In this document: positions 25,856 to 37,069 of the stretch, in pieces
Numbering within the stretch: position 1 is the first letter of the stretch
Layout: every line of letters begins with the position of its first letter
DNA from: Candidatus Deferrimicrobiaceae bacterium
GTDB lineage: Bacteria; Desulfobacterota; Deferrimicrobia; Deferrimicrobiales; Deferrimicrobiaceae
Direction of reading: 5' to 3'
Length of the DNA stretch: 64,000 bases
NCBI GenBank assembly: GCA_963792415.1
Contig: CAWBVY010000010.1
Coordinates: forward strand, 32,001-96,000
Translations under genes and position numbers: made by a program
The notes under the pieces: generated by a model
Database searches by the model: none
Told to the model about the DNA's origin: nothing
Seen by the model: the letters and a program-made list of their open reading frames with translations, nothing else

Positions 25856-26775
25856 CGCCCCGCCCCTTTCGGCCTGGTTGCCCAGCCGCGGAAGTCGGGG
25901 CCGATGTCGCCCCGCTTCCTGTATCTTTCCATCGAAACGGCGCAGGGGCAATTCCTTTCCTCCCCCGCGACGGCGCGGGCGGCCGCGATCGCAATCCCCG
26001 GGATCGCGTTTTTCGCCGCCTCGACGGCCGCCGCCTCCCCGGGAGGCAGCATCCCCTCGAACAGGGCGCCGGGCCGGTACGGCATCTTCCGCGCCCCTTC
26101 CGCGTAGTTCGTCACGTACGCCACCGGCGCGTAGCAGATCTCCAGCTCCCGCGCGAGGAACGCCTCGGGGCACAGGGTCATCCCGACGAGATCCGCCCCG
26201 GCGCGCGCGAGAAACCGGATCTCGGCGGGGGTCTCGAGGCGCGGCCCCTCGGTGCAGGCGTAGGTGGCGGAGGGGTGGAATCGCCCTGCTCCGCCCCCTG
26301 CGTAGCGCCGCTTCGCTGCGCGGAGCAGGGCGCTTCGCAGGGCTTCGCAGAACACCGGGAACTGCCGGAGGAAGCCGATCCCCTTCCCCTCGTAGAAGGT
26401 CGAAGGGCGGTTCCGGGTGAAGTCGAGGAGATCGTCGGGAAGGACCAGGTCGCCGGGCCGGAACTTCCGGGCGATGGCGCCGGGCCCCGTCCAGGCGACG
26501 ATCCGCGTCACCCCCAGGGACTTCGCGGCGTAGATGTTGGCGCGGTAGTTCACGTACGGCGCGGTCTTTTCGTACCCCGTCTCGCCGTGCCGGGAGAGGA
26601 AGAGGAAGCGGAACCCGGCCCTCTCGCAGAGGTGGACGGGGTTCGAAAGGCCGTACGGCGTCCGGACGCGCCGGGAGGAGAGCCTCTCCCCCAGCGTCCC
26701 CTCCGGCAGGGCGTATGCCCCGGATCCTCCGAGGAGGAGGACCCGGGGCGGCTTCGTATGCGGACTCCCGCTCAG
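25852..26775 (-). CDS. MTAP-family purine nucleoside / methylthioadenosine phosphorylase (start uncertain, possibly CTG)
   Basis: GGSG, RTPYG, LSRHG, VNYRANI, EGPRLETPAE, VGMT, VTNYA. Confidence 0.88.
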   Translation of the reverse strand: MSGSPHTKPPRVLLLGGSGAYALPEGTLGERLSSRRVRTPYGLSNPVHLCERAGFRFLFLSRHGETGYEKTAPYVNYRANIYAAKSLGVTRIVAWTGPGAIARKFRPGDLVLPDDLLDFTRNRPSTFYEGKGIGFLRQFPVFCEALRSALLRAAKRRYAGGGAGRFHPSATYACTEGPRLETPAEIRFLARAGADLVGMTLCPEAFLARELEICYAPVAYVTNYAEGARKMPYRPGALFEGMLPPGEAAAVEAAKNAIPGIAIAAARAVAGEERNCPCAVSMERYRKRGDIGPDFRGWATRPKGAGR

Positions 26776-27530
26776 AAGTTGACCCGGAAACCGAAGTTGA
26801 GCTCCCACCCGCTCATGTCGAGGTCGAAGGATCCCCCATACTTGTCGGTGAACGTGGGTTGCACCATCTGGTAGCGGCCTTCGAAGTTCAGGGCGGCCCT
26901 CGGGCTGAGCCAGAAATCCATGCCCAGGGAGAAGTAGCCGCCGATGGTGGTGTTGGAGTCGTCGGTGCCCGGGTAGTACAGGCTGGGGGTGTAGGAGAAC
27001 GCTTCCTCCTCGAGACTGGCGAAATAGACCCCGATCCCGCCCCCGAAATACGGCTCGAAAACCGGATGAGGCAAGATGAGCCGCCCGCCGATCGTCACCG
27101 GGACCACCGACGCCTTGTCGGATCCGCGTTCGGCGGAGAAGTAGCCGACCGTCCCCTCGATGGCGGCGATCGGGCTCACGCGGGAGCCGAAGCCGACGTT
27201 GCCGCTGAGATCCGAGCCGTATCCCGACAGCCCGTACGTCCCGTAGTAATCGGTGTAGTAATCGCTGGGTTCGAAGATCCCTACGTTCCCGAACAGGTAC
27301 GGCCCCGCGTGGAACCCGGCCGGCCGGAACGGAGGGGGCGGGGCCCCGCGCGGCGGCGGGGCCGGCGCGTACACCCCGGGGCCCCGTTCGTACCGGTCGT
27401 ACTCGGCGGCGACGCCGGTCGCGGCGGTCGCGGCGACGAAAAGCCCGGCGAGAACCAACGTCAGCGTGGCGCATCGACGCCACCGATGCATCGGGCCATT
27501 TGCGGGACGCCGTACCGGATGCCTCCTCAT
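26772..27530 (-). CDS. Outer-membrane beta-barrel protein (OmpA/OmpW-like)
   Basis: Signal peptide, alternating beta strands, PYFGGGIG, C-terminal Phe; RBS GGAGG. Confidence 0.8.
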   Translation of the reverse strand: MRRHPVRRPANGPMHRWRRCATLTLVLAGLFVAATAATGVAAEYDRYERGPGVYAPAPPPRGAPPPPFRPAGFHAGPYLFGNVGIFEPSDYYTDYYGTYGLSGYGSDLSGNVGFGSRVSPIAAIEGTVGYFSAERGSDKASVVPVTIGGRLILPHPVFEPYFGGGIGVYFASLEEEAFSYTPSLYYPGTDDSNTTIGGYFSLGMDFWLSPRAALNFEGRYQMVQPTFTDKYGGSFDLDMSGWELNFGFRVNF

Positions 27531-27668
27531 CGTGTCCTCCTTCTTCCCCGGGCGGACCCGGGGACCGATTCGAGGATACCGCCCGCCGAGGTGGAAAGAA
27601 AGGGGCGGAATCCATATAATGGTGCCTTCTCTGTACATCAATATACGACGTGCCGGCGGGGGATATTC

Positions 27669-28688
27669 ATGATCATCGTCATGGGGGCGGGTGCGGCCCG
27701 GAAAGAGATCCGCACCGTCATCGCCAGGATCAGGGCGCTGGGGTACACCCCGCACCCGATCTTCGGGAAGGAACGCACCGTCATCGGCGCGATCGGGGAC
27801 GAGCGCGGCAAGAACGTCCTCCAGGGGCTCGAGTCGCTCCCCGGGGTGGAGCGGGTCGTCCCGATCCTCAAGCCGTACAAGCTCGCCAGCCGCGAGGTGA
27901 AGGCGGAACGGACGGTCATCCGCATCGCCCCCGGGGTGACGGTCGGGGACCGCCAGCTCCTGGTCATCGCGGGCCCCTGCTCCGTGGAAAGCGAGGCGCA
28001 GATGATCGAAACGGCGCTGGCCGTGAAGAAGGCCGGCGCTCACGTGCTGCGCGGCGGGGCCTGGAAGCCGCGCACCTCCCCGTACGCCTTCCAGGGGCTG
28101 GAGCTCAAGGGCCTCAAGATCCTGCGCAAGGCGGGGGATCGCGCGGGGATGCCGATCGTCACCGAGGTGATGAACCCGGCCGACGTGGAGCGGATCGCGG
28201 AATATTCCGACGTCCTCCAGGTCGGGGCGCGCAACGTCCAGAACTTCTCCCTCCTCAAGCGGATCGGCAAGTCGAAGCGCCCCATCCTCCTCAAGCGCGG
28301 GATGATGACGACGATCACCGAGTACCTGATGAGCGCGGAATATTGCCTCTCCGAGGGGAGCCGCCAGGTGATCCTGTGCGAGCGCGGGATCCGGACCTTC
28401 GAGGATTCCACGCGGAACACCCTCGACCTTTCGGCGATCCCGGTCCTCAAGGAGCGCACCCACCTGCCGGTCATCGCGGACCCGTCCCACGCCACCGGCG
28501 TGGCCCGCCTCGTCCCGCCCATGGCGTGCGCCGCCATCGCCGCGGGCGCCGACGGGCTGATGATCGAAGTCCACCCCACGCCGGAGAAGGCGCTCTCCGA
28601 CGGTCCGCAGTCGCTGGACTTCACGAGGTTCGCCGACGCGATGGCGATGCTCCAGCCTTTCATCACGGCGGCGGGGCGAACGCTCTGA
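27669..28688 (+). CDS. aroF: DAHP synthase, type I-beta
   Basis: IAGPCSVES, RGGAWKPRTSPY, ERGIRTF, DPSH. Confidence 0.95.
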   Translation: MIIVMGAGAARKEIRTVIARIRALGYTPHPIFGKERTVIGAIGDERGKNVLQGLESLPGVERVVPILKPYKLASREVKAERTVIRIAPGVTVGDRQLLVIAGPCSVESEAQMIETALAVKKAGAHVLRGGAWKPRTSPYAFQGLELKGLKILRKAGDRAGMPIVTEVMNPADVERIAEYSDVLQVGARNVQNFSLLKRIGKSKRPILLKRGMMTTITEYLMSAEYCLSEGSRQVILCERGIRTFEDSTRNTLDLSAIPVLKERTHLPVIADPSHATGVARLVPPMACAAIAAGADGLMIEVHPTPEKALSDGPQSLDFTRFADAMAMLQPFITAAGRTL

Positions 28689-30979
28689 TCCGCAGGATCC
28701 TCCTCCCGGCGCTCGCGGCGGCTCTTCTCCTCCACTTCGGCTACTCGTACTACCGGGTGGGGCGGGGGGTCGCCGGGGACGCCTGGGAGGTCCCCTCCAT
28801 CCTCTACGGACGCCCCACGGAAGTCCGCACGGGGGACCACCTCGGGAACCTCCGGTTCATCGACCGGCTGCGCCGCCTCTCCTACAGGACGGTCGTGGGG
28901 AAGCCGACCGTCGCCGGGACCTGGTCCGTGGAACCCGACCGGATCCGGATCTTCACGCGCGACTACCGGATCGAGGAGCTCGCGCACAACGGCGGCCCGG
29001 TGGAGATCGGGATCCGCAACCGGCGGGTCGCTTCGATCGTCTCCTACGCCGGGGTCCCGCTCGATTCGATCCACCTCGAGCCGGAGGAGATCGGGCGGAT
29101 CCTCGGCCCCCGGATGGAATCGCGGCGGATCGTCCCCCTTTCCGCGATCCCGTTGTCGCTGCAGCAGGCCGTGCTCGCCGCCGAGGACGCCCGGTTCTAC
29201 TCCCACCATGGCATCGACGCGGTCGGGGTCGGCCGCGCGCTCGTCCGGAATCTGCGGGAGTGGCGATTCGCCCAGGGGGGGTCCACGATCACCCAGCAGC
29301 TGGCGAAGAACTTCTTCCTCTCCCCGAAGAAGACGATCGGGCGGAAGCTTCGCGAGGCGGAGCTCGCCCTCGCGCTCGAACTGCGGTACCCGAAGAAGAC
29401 GATCCTCGAGATGTACCTGAACAAGATCTACTTCGGCCAGGAGGGGGCCCGCGGGATCTACGGCGTCGAGGAGGCGGCGGGCTTCTACTTCTCGAAGCGC
29501 GCGGCGGACCTCACCCTCGAGGAGGCCGCGACGCTGGCCGGCGTCATCCGCTCGCCGAACCGGTACTCCCCGTTCCGCGACCCGGCGGCCGCCAAGGAGC
29601 GCCGCGACACGGTGCTCGCGAGGATGCGCCAGCTGGGGATGGTCGGGGAGAAGGAGTACCTCCGGGCCTCCCACGCCCCGGTCCGGATGCGGGCGCGGCG
29701 CTCCCCGGCGAACATGGCCGCGTACTTCGCGGACTACATCCAGAGAGTCACCGAGGACGACCTGGGGGGCGAGAAGCTCTTCCGCACCGGCTACCGCTTC
29801 TACACCACCCTCGACCCCGTGCAGCAGGCCGCGGCGGAGGAGGCGGTGGCGAAGGGGCTCGCGGAGATCGAAAAAACGGCCCGGCCCGCCGCCGAGCCGC
29901 TGCAGGCGGCGCTCGTCGCGGTGGACCCGGCGACCGGAGAGATGACCGCGATGGTCGGGGGGCGCGGCTACGGCGAGACGCAGTTCAACCGGGCGGTCGA
30001 CGCGAGGAGGCAGCCGGGGAGCGCCTTCAAGCCGTTCGTCCTGCTGACGGCGATGGCGCGGGCGGCGGACGGGAGGGGGAAGACGACGCTCTCCACGTTC
30101 GTCTCCGGCGAGCCCGTGACGGTGCCGGGACCGAAGGGGCCGTGGACCCCTTCGAACTTCGAGGGGAAGCGCTACGGGGAGATCTCGGTGCGGGAGGCGC
30201 TCGTGGAGTCGGTGAACACCGCCACCGTCCGGCTCGCGCTGGACGCCGGACTGAGCGAGGTGGTGAAGACCGCCCGCGCCGCGGGGATCCGGTCCCCCCT
30301 CTCCCCCGTCCCCTCGGCGGCGCTGGGCAGCTTCGAGGTGACGCCGATGGAGCTCGCCTACGCCTACGCGACGATCGCGTCCGGCGGGATCCGCTACGAT
30401 CCGTTCCCTCTCTTCTCCGCGACCACCGCGTCCGGGGAGATCCTCACCGCGTCCAAGGTCCACTGGGAGCGCGCGATCGATCCGCGGGCGGCGTACCTCA
30501 CCGGGTACGCGATGCAAGGGGTCCTCGACAACGGCACGGCGAAAACGGCGAGGGAGATGGGGGTCTACTTCCCCGCCTCGGGAAAGACCGGGACCACGGA
30601 CGGGAACCGCGACTCCTGGTTCGTCGGCTACACCCCCGACGTGGTCTGCGCGGTCTGGGTCGGGTACGACTCGGGCGCGGACACGGGGGTGACCGGGGCG
30701 CGCGGCGCCCTGCGCATCTGGGCCCGCTTCCTGCGCGCCCTCTACCCGGAATCCGGACCCCTGACGCTTCGGGCCCCCGACGGGATCGAGTTCGCGGAGA
30801 TCGACCCGGAGTCCGGGTTTCTCGCCACCACCGCGTGCCCGCAGACGCTGCGGGAGGCGTACCTTTCCGGGACGGCGCCGAGGGAGACGTGTCCCCTCCA
30901 CCCCGTGGACCCCGTCGTGGACGCCTTCCGCCGGGGGGTGCGCAACCTCGGCGACTACATCCGCAGCCTGTTCAAGTAG
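28685..30979 (+). CDS. mrcB: Class A penicillin-binding protein (PBP1b-like); start uncertain, possibly CTG
   Basis: EDARFYSHHG, GGSTITQQLAKN, PGSAFKP (SxxK), SVN, KTG; UB2H-like insert. Confidence 0.9.
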   Translation: MIRRILLPALAAALLLHFGYSYYRVGRGVAGDAWEVPSILYGRPTEVRTGDHLGNLRFIDRLRRLSYRTVVGKPTVAGTWSVEPDRIRIFTRDYRIEELAHNGGPVEIGIRNRRVASIVSYAGVPLDSIHLEPEEIGRILGPRMESRRIVPLSAIPLSLQQAVLAAEDARFYSHHGIDAVGVGRALVRNLREWRFAQGGSTITQQLAKNFFLSPKKTIGRKLREAELALALELRYPKKTILEMYLNKIYFGQEGARGIYGVEEAAGFYFSKRAADLTLEEAATLAGVIRSPNRYSPFRDPAAAKERRDTVLARMRQLGMVGEKEYLRASHAPVRMRARRSPANMAAYFADYIQRVTEDDLGGEKLFRTGYRFYTTLDPVQQAAAEEAVAKGLAEIEKTARPAAEPLQAALVAVDPATGEMTAMVGGRGYGETQFNRAVDARRQPGSAFKPFVLLTAMARAADGRGKTTLSTFVSGEPVTVPGPKGPWTPSNFEGKRYGEISVREALVESVNTATVRLALDAGLSEVVKTARAAGIRSPLSPVPSAALGSFEVTPMELAYAYATIASGGIRYDPFPLFSATTASGEILTASKVHWERAIDPRAAYLTGYAMQGVLDNGTAKTAREMGVYFPASGKTGTTDGNRDSWFVGYTPDVVCAVWVGYDSGADTGVTGARGALRIWARFLRALYPESGPLTLRAPDGIEFAEIDPESGFLATTACPQTLREAYLSGTAPRETCPLHPVDPVVDAFRRGVRNLGDYIRSLFK

Positions 30980-31033
30980 CCGGACCGCATGGTATAAAAA
31001 CTGGTTACCCACACTATGGAGAAGAGCCGGATC

Positions 31034-33817
31034 ATGGAGTACAAGGAAACGCTCAACCTGCCGCAGACCGAATTCCCGATGCGGGCCAACCTCGCCCAGC
31101 GGGAGCCCGCAATGCTTGCCCGGTGGGAGGGGATGGGCCTGCACCGGAGGATGGTCGAGAACCGGAAAGGGCGGCCCACCTTCGTCCTCCACGACGGCCC
31201 GCCCTACGCGAACGGGCACATCCACATCGGGCACGCGCTGAACAAGATCCTCAAGGACATGATCGTCAAGTACCGGACGATGGCGGGGGCCCTCTCCGTC
31301 TACGTCCCCGGCTGGGACTGCCACGGCCTGCCGATCGAGCACCAGGTGGACAAGACCCTCGGCGCGAAGAAGGGGACGATCCCCACCGGGGACAAGCGCC
31401 GCCTCTGCCGTTCGTTCGCGGCGAAGTTCATCGACATCCAGAGGGAGGAGTTCAAGCGCCTCGGCGTGCTGGGCGACTGGGAGAACCCGTACCGGACGAT
31501 GGCGTTCGACTACGAGGCCGGCATCCTGCGGGAGTTCGGCCGGTTCGTGGAGAGCGGCGCGGTCTACCAGGGGACGAAGCCGGTCTACTGGTGCCTCTCG
31601 TGCCGGACGGCGCTGGCCGAGGCCGAAGTCGAGTACGCGGACCACGCCTCCCCCTCCATCCACGTCAAGTTCCCGTTCGCGGAGCCGCCGGAGAGGATCC
31701 ACCCTCTGCTGGCGGGGAAGAAGGTCTTCTTCGTCATCTGGACGACCACGCCGTGGACGATCCCCGCCAACCTCGGGATCGCGCTCCACCCCGACTACGA
31801 CTACGTCGCGCTCGAGGCGGGCGGCGAGGCGTACGTCGTCGCCGAGGGGCTTGCCGGGCGGTTCGCGTCCGAGACGGGACTTTCCTCCCCGACGACTCTC
31901 GCGACGTTCCGCGCGGCGCACCTCGAGCGGATGCGGTGCCGCCATCCGTTCGCGGACCGCGACTCCCTCCTCGTCCTGGCCGACTACGTGACGCTCGAGG
32001 CGGGGACCGGGTGCGTCCACACGGCGCCCGGCCACGGCCGCGAGGATTACGAGACGGGGATCAAGTACGGCCTGCCGATCCTCTCCCCGCTGAACGACGA
32101 GGGGCGCTTCACCGCGGACGTCCCGTTCTTCGCGGGAGAGCGGGTCTTCGACGCGAACCCGAAGGTGAACGAGAAGCTCGCCGAGGTCGGCGCGCTCCTG
32201 TCCCGCAGGGAGATCACGCACTCCTACCCGCACTGCTGGCGCTGCAAGAGCCCCGTGATCTTCCGGGCGACGAAGCAGTGGTTCATCTCGATGGACCGGA
32301 CCGGCCTGCGGGAGAAGGCGCTCGCCGGGATCCGGACCGTGCGCTGGATCCCCGGCTGGGGGCAGGAGCGGATCGAGGGGATGATCGCCAACCGGCCCGA
32401 CTGGTGCATCTCGCGCCAGCGGGCCTGGGGCGTGCCGATCGCCCTGTTCCGCTGCGAGGGGTGCGGGCGCCACCTGCTCGACCGGAAGCTGGTCGACCAC
32501 GTGGCGGATCTCTTCGCGAAGGAAGGGGCCGACGCCTGGTTCGACCGGGACGTGTCGGAGCTGCTCCCGCCGGGGACGGCGTGCCCGGGGTGCTTTGGTA
32601 CGGCGTTCGGCAAGGAGACCGACATCCTCGACGTCTGGTTCGACTCGGGCGTCTCCTACGCCTGCGTCTGCGAGGGGAAGGAGAACCTGGGCGTCCCCGT
32701 CGACCTCTACCTCGAAGGTTCCGACCAGCACCGCGGCTGGTTCCACTCCTCCCTCCTCGCCGCCGTGGGAACGCGCGGCGCCCCTCCGTACCGCGGGGTG
32801 CTGACGCACGGGTTCGTCGTCGACGGCAAGGGCGAGGCGATGAGCAAGTCGAAGGGGAACGTGATCGCCCCGGGGGAGGTCATCAAGAAGTACGGCGCCG
32901 AGGTCCTTCGCCTCTGGGTCGGCGCACTGGACTACCGCAACGACAACCCGCTGTCGCAGGAGATCCTCGAGCGGATCGCGGAGTCGTACCGGAAGATCCG
33001 GAACACGGTCCGGTACCTGCTGGCCAACGTGAACGACTTCTCCCCGGAGCGGGACGCGATCCCCGTGGAACGGATGGAGGAGATGGACCGGTACGCGATG
33101 TCGGTCTTCGACCGGATGGCGCGGAAGGTCCGGAAGGCCTACGAAGAGTACGAGTTCTACCTGGTGTACCACGCGGTCAACAACTTCTGCTCCGTGGACC
33201 TGTCCGCCTTCTACCTGAACGTCCTCAAGGACCGGATGTACTGCTCGCCCGCCGGGGACCCGGCGCGCCGCTCCGCGCAGACGGCGATGTTCGAAATGGC
33301 GAAGGGACTGCTGGCACTGGTCGCCCCGGTGCTGTCGTTCACCGCGGACGAGGCGTGGGGGTTCCTCCCCTCCTGGACCGGCAAGCCCGAGAGCGTGTTC
33401 CTGTCCGACCTTCCGGAGGAGCGGGACATCCCCGGGGCCGAGGAGCTCGTCTCGCGGTGGGAGCGGATCCTCGCGCTGCGCTCGGAAGTCGCCCAACCGC
33501 TCGAGACGGCGCGCAGGGAGAAGGCGATCGGCAGCGGCCAGGACGCGCTGGTGACGATCGACCCGGGCCCCTTCGCGGACCTCTTCGAAACCCACGCGCG
33601 GGAGATCCGCGACGCGCTGATCGTCTCCGGGATCGCCATCGGTGATGCGGCCGGTCCCGGGATGTTCGAGAGCGCGGCCTTCCCCGGGCTGAAGGTCAAG
33701 GTGGAAAAGGCGCCGTGGGAAAAATGCGAGCGGTGCTGGAACCACGAGCCCGAGGTGGGGACGCTCGCCGGAGCCCCGGAGCTGTGCGCCCGGTGCGCGG
33801 CCGCCGTGGGGAAGTGA
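31034..33817 (+). CDS. ileS: Isoleucine--tRNA ligase
   Basis: [20 protein letters not shown]-terminal Zn finger CERC...C..C. Confidence 0.98.
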   Translation: MEYKETLNLPQTEFPMRANLAQREPAMLARWEGMGLHRRMVENRKGRPTFVLHDGPPYANGHIHIGHALNKILKDMIVKYRTMAGALSVYVPGWDCHGLPIEHQVDKTLGAKKGTIPTGDKRRLCRSFAAKFIDIQREEFKRLGVLGDWENPYRTMAFDYEAGILREFGRFVESGAVYQGTKPVYWCLSCRTALAEAEVEYADHASPSIHVKFPFAEPPERIHPLLAGKKVFFVIWTTTPWTIPANLGIALHPDYDYVALEAGGEAYVVAEGLAGRFASETGLSSPTTLATFRAAHLERMRCRHPFADRDSLLVLADYVTLEAGTGCVHTAPGHGREDYETGIKYGLPILSPLNDEGRFTADVPFFAGERVFDANPKVNEKLAEVGALLSRREITHSYPHCWRCKSPVIFRATKQWFISMDRTGLREKALAGIRTVRWIPGWGQERIEGMIANRPDWCISRQRAWGVPIALFRCEGCGRHLLDRKLVDHVADLFAKEGADAWFDRDVSELLPPGTACPGCFGTAFGKETDILDVWFDSGVSYACVCEGKENLGVPVDLYLEGSDQHRGWFHSSLLAAVGTRGAPPYRGVLTHGFVVDGKGEAMSKSKGNVIAPGEVIKKYGAEVLRLWVGALDYRNDNPLSQEILERIAESYRKIRNTVRYLLANVNDFSPERDAIPVERMEEMDRYAMSVFDRMARKVRKAYEEYEFYLVYHAVNNFCSVDLSAFYLNVLKDRMYCSPAGDPARRSAQTAMFEMAKGLLALVAPVLSFTADEAWGFLPSWTGKPESVFLSDLPEERDIPGAEELVSRWERILALRSEVAQPLETARREKAIGSGQDALVTIDPGPFADLFETHAREIRDALIVSGIAIGDAAGPGMFESAAFPGLKVKVEKAPWEKCERCWNHEPEVGTLAGAPELCARCAAAVGK

Positions 33818-33821
33818 CCCC

Positions 33822-34343
33822 TTGCCGGTGACCCTGGTCCGGAAATTCTCGGTGCCGATCGTCTCGGCGCTCCTGCTCGGCGCCGCCGACCAGGCGAGCA
33901 AGGTCTGGGCGGTGCGCAACCTCCCCCTGTTCGAGCTCCGCGAGATCGTGCCCGGCTTCTTCGGCCTGGTGCACGTGCGCAACACCGGGGTCGCCTTCAG
34001 CCTTCTTTCGAACCTCGATCCCCGCTGGGTCCACCCGCTCCTGATCCTCGCGACGGCGCTCGCGATGGGGGCGGTGCTCGCCTACATCGCGTTCCTCCCC
34101 TGCAGGGGGACGGCGCCGGTGGGGCTGGGGCTCATCCTCGGCGGGGCGATCGGGAACCTGATCGACCGGGCGCGGCTCGGGTACGTCGTCGACTTCCTCG
34201 ACCTGTACTGGCGCAACCACCACTGGCCCACCTTCAACGTGGCGGACGTCGGGATCACCGTGGGCGTCGCCCTCCTGCTGATCGACATGGTGGTCTCGCC
34301 GAGGGAGCCCGGGGATGCACCCCGTCCTGCTGCAGATCGGTAG
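33822..34343 (+). CDS. lspA: Lipoprotein signal peptidase II
   Basis: DQASK, NTGVAF, GNLIDR, VVDF, FNVAD. Confidence 0.96.
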   Translation: MPVTLVRKFSVPIVSALLLGAADQASKVWAVRNLPLFELREIVPGFFGLVHVRNTGVAFSLLSNLDPRWVHPLLILATALAMGAVLAYIAFLPCRGTAPVGLGLILGGAIGNLIDRARLGYVVDFLDLYWRNHHWPTFNVADVGITVGVALLLIDMVVSPREPGDAPRPAADR

Positions 34344-35086
34344 CCTCAAGATCTACTCGTACGGCGTCTTCGTCGCGATCGGCTTCCTCGCCGCCCTGTG
34401 GGTCTCCGGCCGGGAGATCGCCCGCCAGGGGCTCGACCGCGAGAAGTTCCTCGACATGGGGTTCTGGGTGGTCCTCTCCGCCATCGCGGGGGCGAGGATC
34501 TTCCACGTCCTCGTCTACTGGCGGGAATACGCGGAGGCGCCCGGGGAGATCCTCAAATTGTGGAACGGCGGGCTCGTCTTCTACGGCGGGTTCCTCGCCG
34601 CGGTGGCGGTCTGCGTCGTCTTCCTCCGGAGGAACCGGATGCCGTTCCTGACGGTGGCCGACGCGTCGTCGCTCGGGATCGTGCTCGGGCTCGCGTTCGG
34701 GCGGCTCGGCTGCACCGCGGCCGGGTGCTGCTACGGGAAGCCGACCACCCTCCCCTGGGCGATCACCTTCACCGACCCCGGCTGCCTCGCGCCCCTGGAC
34801 GTCCCGCTCCACCCGACGCAGATCTACGAGTCGATGGGGAGCTTCGCCATCTTCGGCTTCCTCTACGCGACGCGGGACCGGTTCAGGACGCCCGGGATGC
34901 GCTTCTGGACGATGCTGATCCTGTACGGCGCGGCGCGGGCGTTCTTCGAGATCTTCCGCGACGACCCGCGCGGCTTCGTCGGCCCCTTCTCCGAGTCGCA
35001 GGTCGTCTCGGCCGCTCCTGATCGCCTACGCGGTCGTCTCGATCCTCCGCGCACGGGCGAAAGCCGCCGCAATCCCCCCCAAGTAG
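34315..35086 (+). CDS. lgt: Prolipoprotein diacylglyceryl transferase; apparent frameshift near 35015
   Basis: YSYG, GLVFYGG, GRLGC, HPTQIYE, EIFR; the last TM (LLIAYAVVSIL) continues in another frame to TAG 35084-35086. Confidence 0.9.
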
Positions 35087-35325
35087 CGGAGCGTCTCTTG
35101 AAAGGAGCTACTCCGCAGGGGGGCTCCCCGCTCGCATCCGACCGCACGGCTCCCCGGCTCCGTCCAGCAAACGTGCTACTCGCCTATCTCCCAGCCTTCT
35201 GCAATATCCATCGATTTAAGAGAGATCTTCCTCTTAAATAAACGCGTGGCCTCCGCCGGTTCCACACTTACGGTCTCCGCTCGGGGGACCCCCCTGCTCC
35301 GTATGCTCCTGCAACGTCACCCCCC

Positions 35326-35494
35326 GCTGTGCCCCCCGTTCTTCCTACAGTGGGGGTACCCCGGCAGCGCGAAGCTCGTACTGGGGCGTCGCCTCGGAGG
35401 GCGGGGCTCCGTTCGTGGCTCGCCGTGCGGTGAACCTGCACGGCTGCGCTTTACCTCACTGCGCCGCCCCTCCTGCGGCGACTCCGCCGGACCC
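35326..35494. repeat. 169-bp structured intergenic repeat, copy 1
   Basis: Colinear with 63692-63860, 11 mismatches by manual count; nested hairpins. Confidence 0.9.
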
Positions 35495-35531
35495 CCCTGC
35501 GTCGTGCGCTTTGATGTGCGGGCGTTCTCCC

Positions 35532-37027
35532 CTACGGCAGGGCGCCGCCGACGACCATGCGGACGGCGTGGTTGCCGTAGTCGGCGATGTAGGCGTTGCC
35601 GCGGGAGTCGACGGCGACCGCGCGCGGGTCGTTCAACTCCGGCGGAGGTCGCCGGGCCGCCGTCGCCGGAGAACCCGGCGCTCCCGTACCCGGCAAGCAG
35701 ACGCACCTTCCCCGCCGCATCGATGTATAGCACCCGGCTTGCTCGACCCCTTCGACGAAGAAGATCTTCCCGGTGACCGGGTTGTAGTCGACCACCCTCG
35801 GCCTCGACGGCGCCATCGCCAGCGGGTCGACCCCCTCGGAAAAGCGGGCGCCCCCCGCGTCGGCGACCAGGTAGTAGATGTTCAAGTCCGCAAGCGACAG
35901 CCGCATGATCCGGTCGTTGTCGGTGTCCGCGAAGATCAGCGAATCGCTCATCGAATGCGTAGGCGATGCTGGACGGAGCCCGCAGCGGGTAATTGAACCG
36001 ATTAGATCGGCTCCGTCGGGTCGAGTACGGCAGGTTGTCCGTCACGATAATCGGATTTCGACGTCCCGATCATCCGGTAGACCCTGTTCTCGAGGTAGTT
36101 CACGAAGTAGACGAGATCGACGTTCACGACGGCGAGGTTGAACCGGGCCGTCGAGTTGTCTACGCCATTGTCGTACACGAGTCCGTTCACCACCCCGTCG
36201 TCCACCCGCACGATCTGGGCAAAGTCGTTGAAGAGGTAGAGGTTCCCGGCCGGGTCGACGTCGATGTCCTGGACGGCCCCGATCGGCGCCGACGCGGCGG
36301 ACGTCCCGGGCACGATCGTCCCGTGCGTCCCGTCCCCCGCGAAATCGGAAAGGTAGCCGTACCGGTCGATCCGCTTCACCTTCCGGAACGCGGAAGAGGA
36401 GACGTAGATCGCGTCGTCCGGGCCGGCCTTCACCGCGGTCGGGTTCCCGAGAAGCGCCCCGACGGCGAGGATCCCGCCGGACGCGTCGTCGTCACCGGGG
36501 GTTCCCGAGCCGCCCGATGCCGGGGCGCCGCAGACCGTGACGACCGTCCCCCTGGCGTACATCGCGACCGGGACCGTCCTGACCTCGCCCGGGGAGAGCG
36601 CGATGCCGTCGTACCACCCGCGTCCCAGCAGCGGGGCGGCGAGGACGGCGTCGCCGGAGGGGATCGCCGTGTTGTCGTACTCATCCACCTCGACGGCGAT
36701 GCGCGTGCCGGGAGGGATCCCGCCGATCTCCCCGCGGCCGTCGGAGCGGAGGAACCACTTCTCGATCGGCGCGAAGTGCGGGGCGAGGACGCGGATCCGG
36801 ATCCGGTCGGCCGGGTCCGTGGCATAGGACGGCGCGCGGACCGCCGCGGGCGCCCCGACGGCGGCGGCCGGCGGCGCCGGGTAGACCAGCTGCACCGCGA
36901 TGGAGCCGTCCCCGGCGCCGGAACAGCCGGACACCGCCGCGAAAAGGAGCGCCGCGAGAAGGGCGAGGGGAAGGGATGTCCGCAGCGAACCGACGGGTGA
37001 CAACGTTGCCTCCGGAACAAAGATCAA
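35532..37027 (-). pseudogene. NHL-repeat lipoprotein broken by several frameshifts (pseudogene or assembly indels)
   Basis: Lipobox VSGC; NHL-type segments (GFSGDGGPA, LNDPRAVAVDSRGNAYIADYGNHAVR) distributed over three frames. Confidence 0.7.
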
Positions 37028-37069
37028 CCGTAATATAATACCTTCATCGCGGATTTGCCGGAGAAAACG

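Noticed and set aside
25852-27615. Apparent 587-aa extended MTAP
   Set aside because: The N-terminal part is an off-frame read through the beta-barrel gene
28040-33985. 1981-aa minus-strand ORF and other very long ORFs (7753-11097, 29260-33645, 57143-61813, 58221-62945)
   Set aside because: Antisense or alternate-frame shadows of real genes in high-GC DNA; biased low-complexity composition and no motifs
35246-36045. ORFs spanning the structured repeat
   Set aside because: Incidental frames across a non-coding repeat and fragments of the NHL gene
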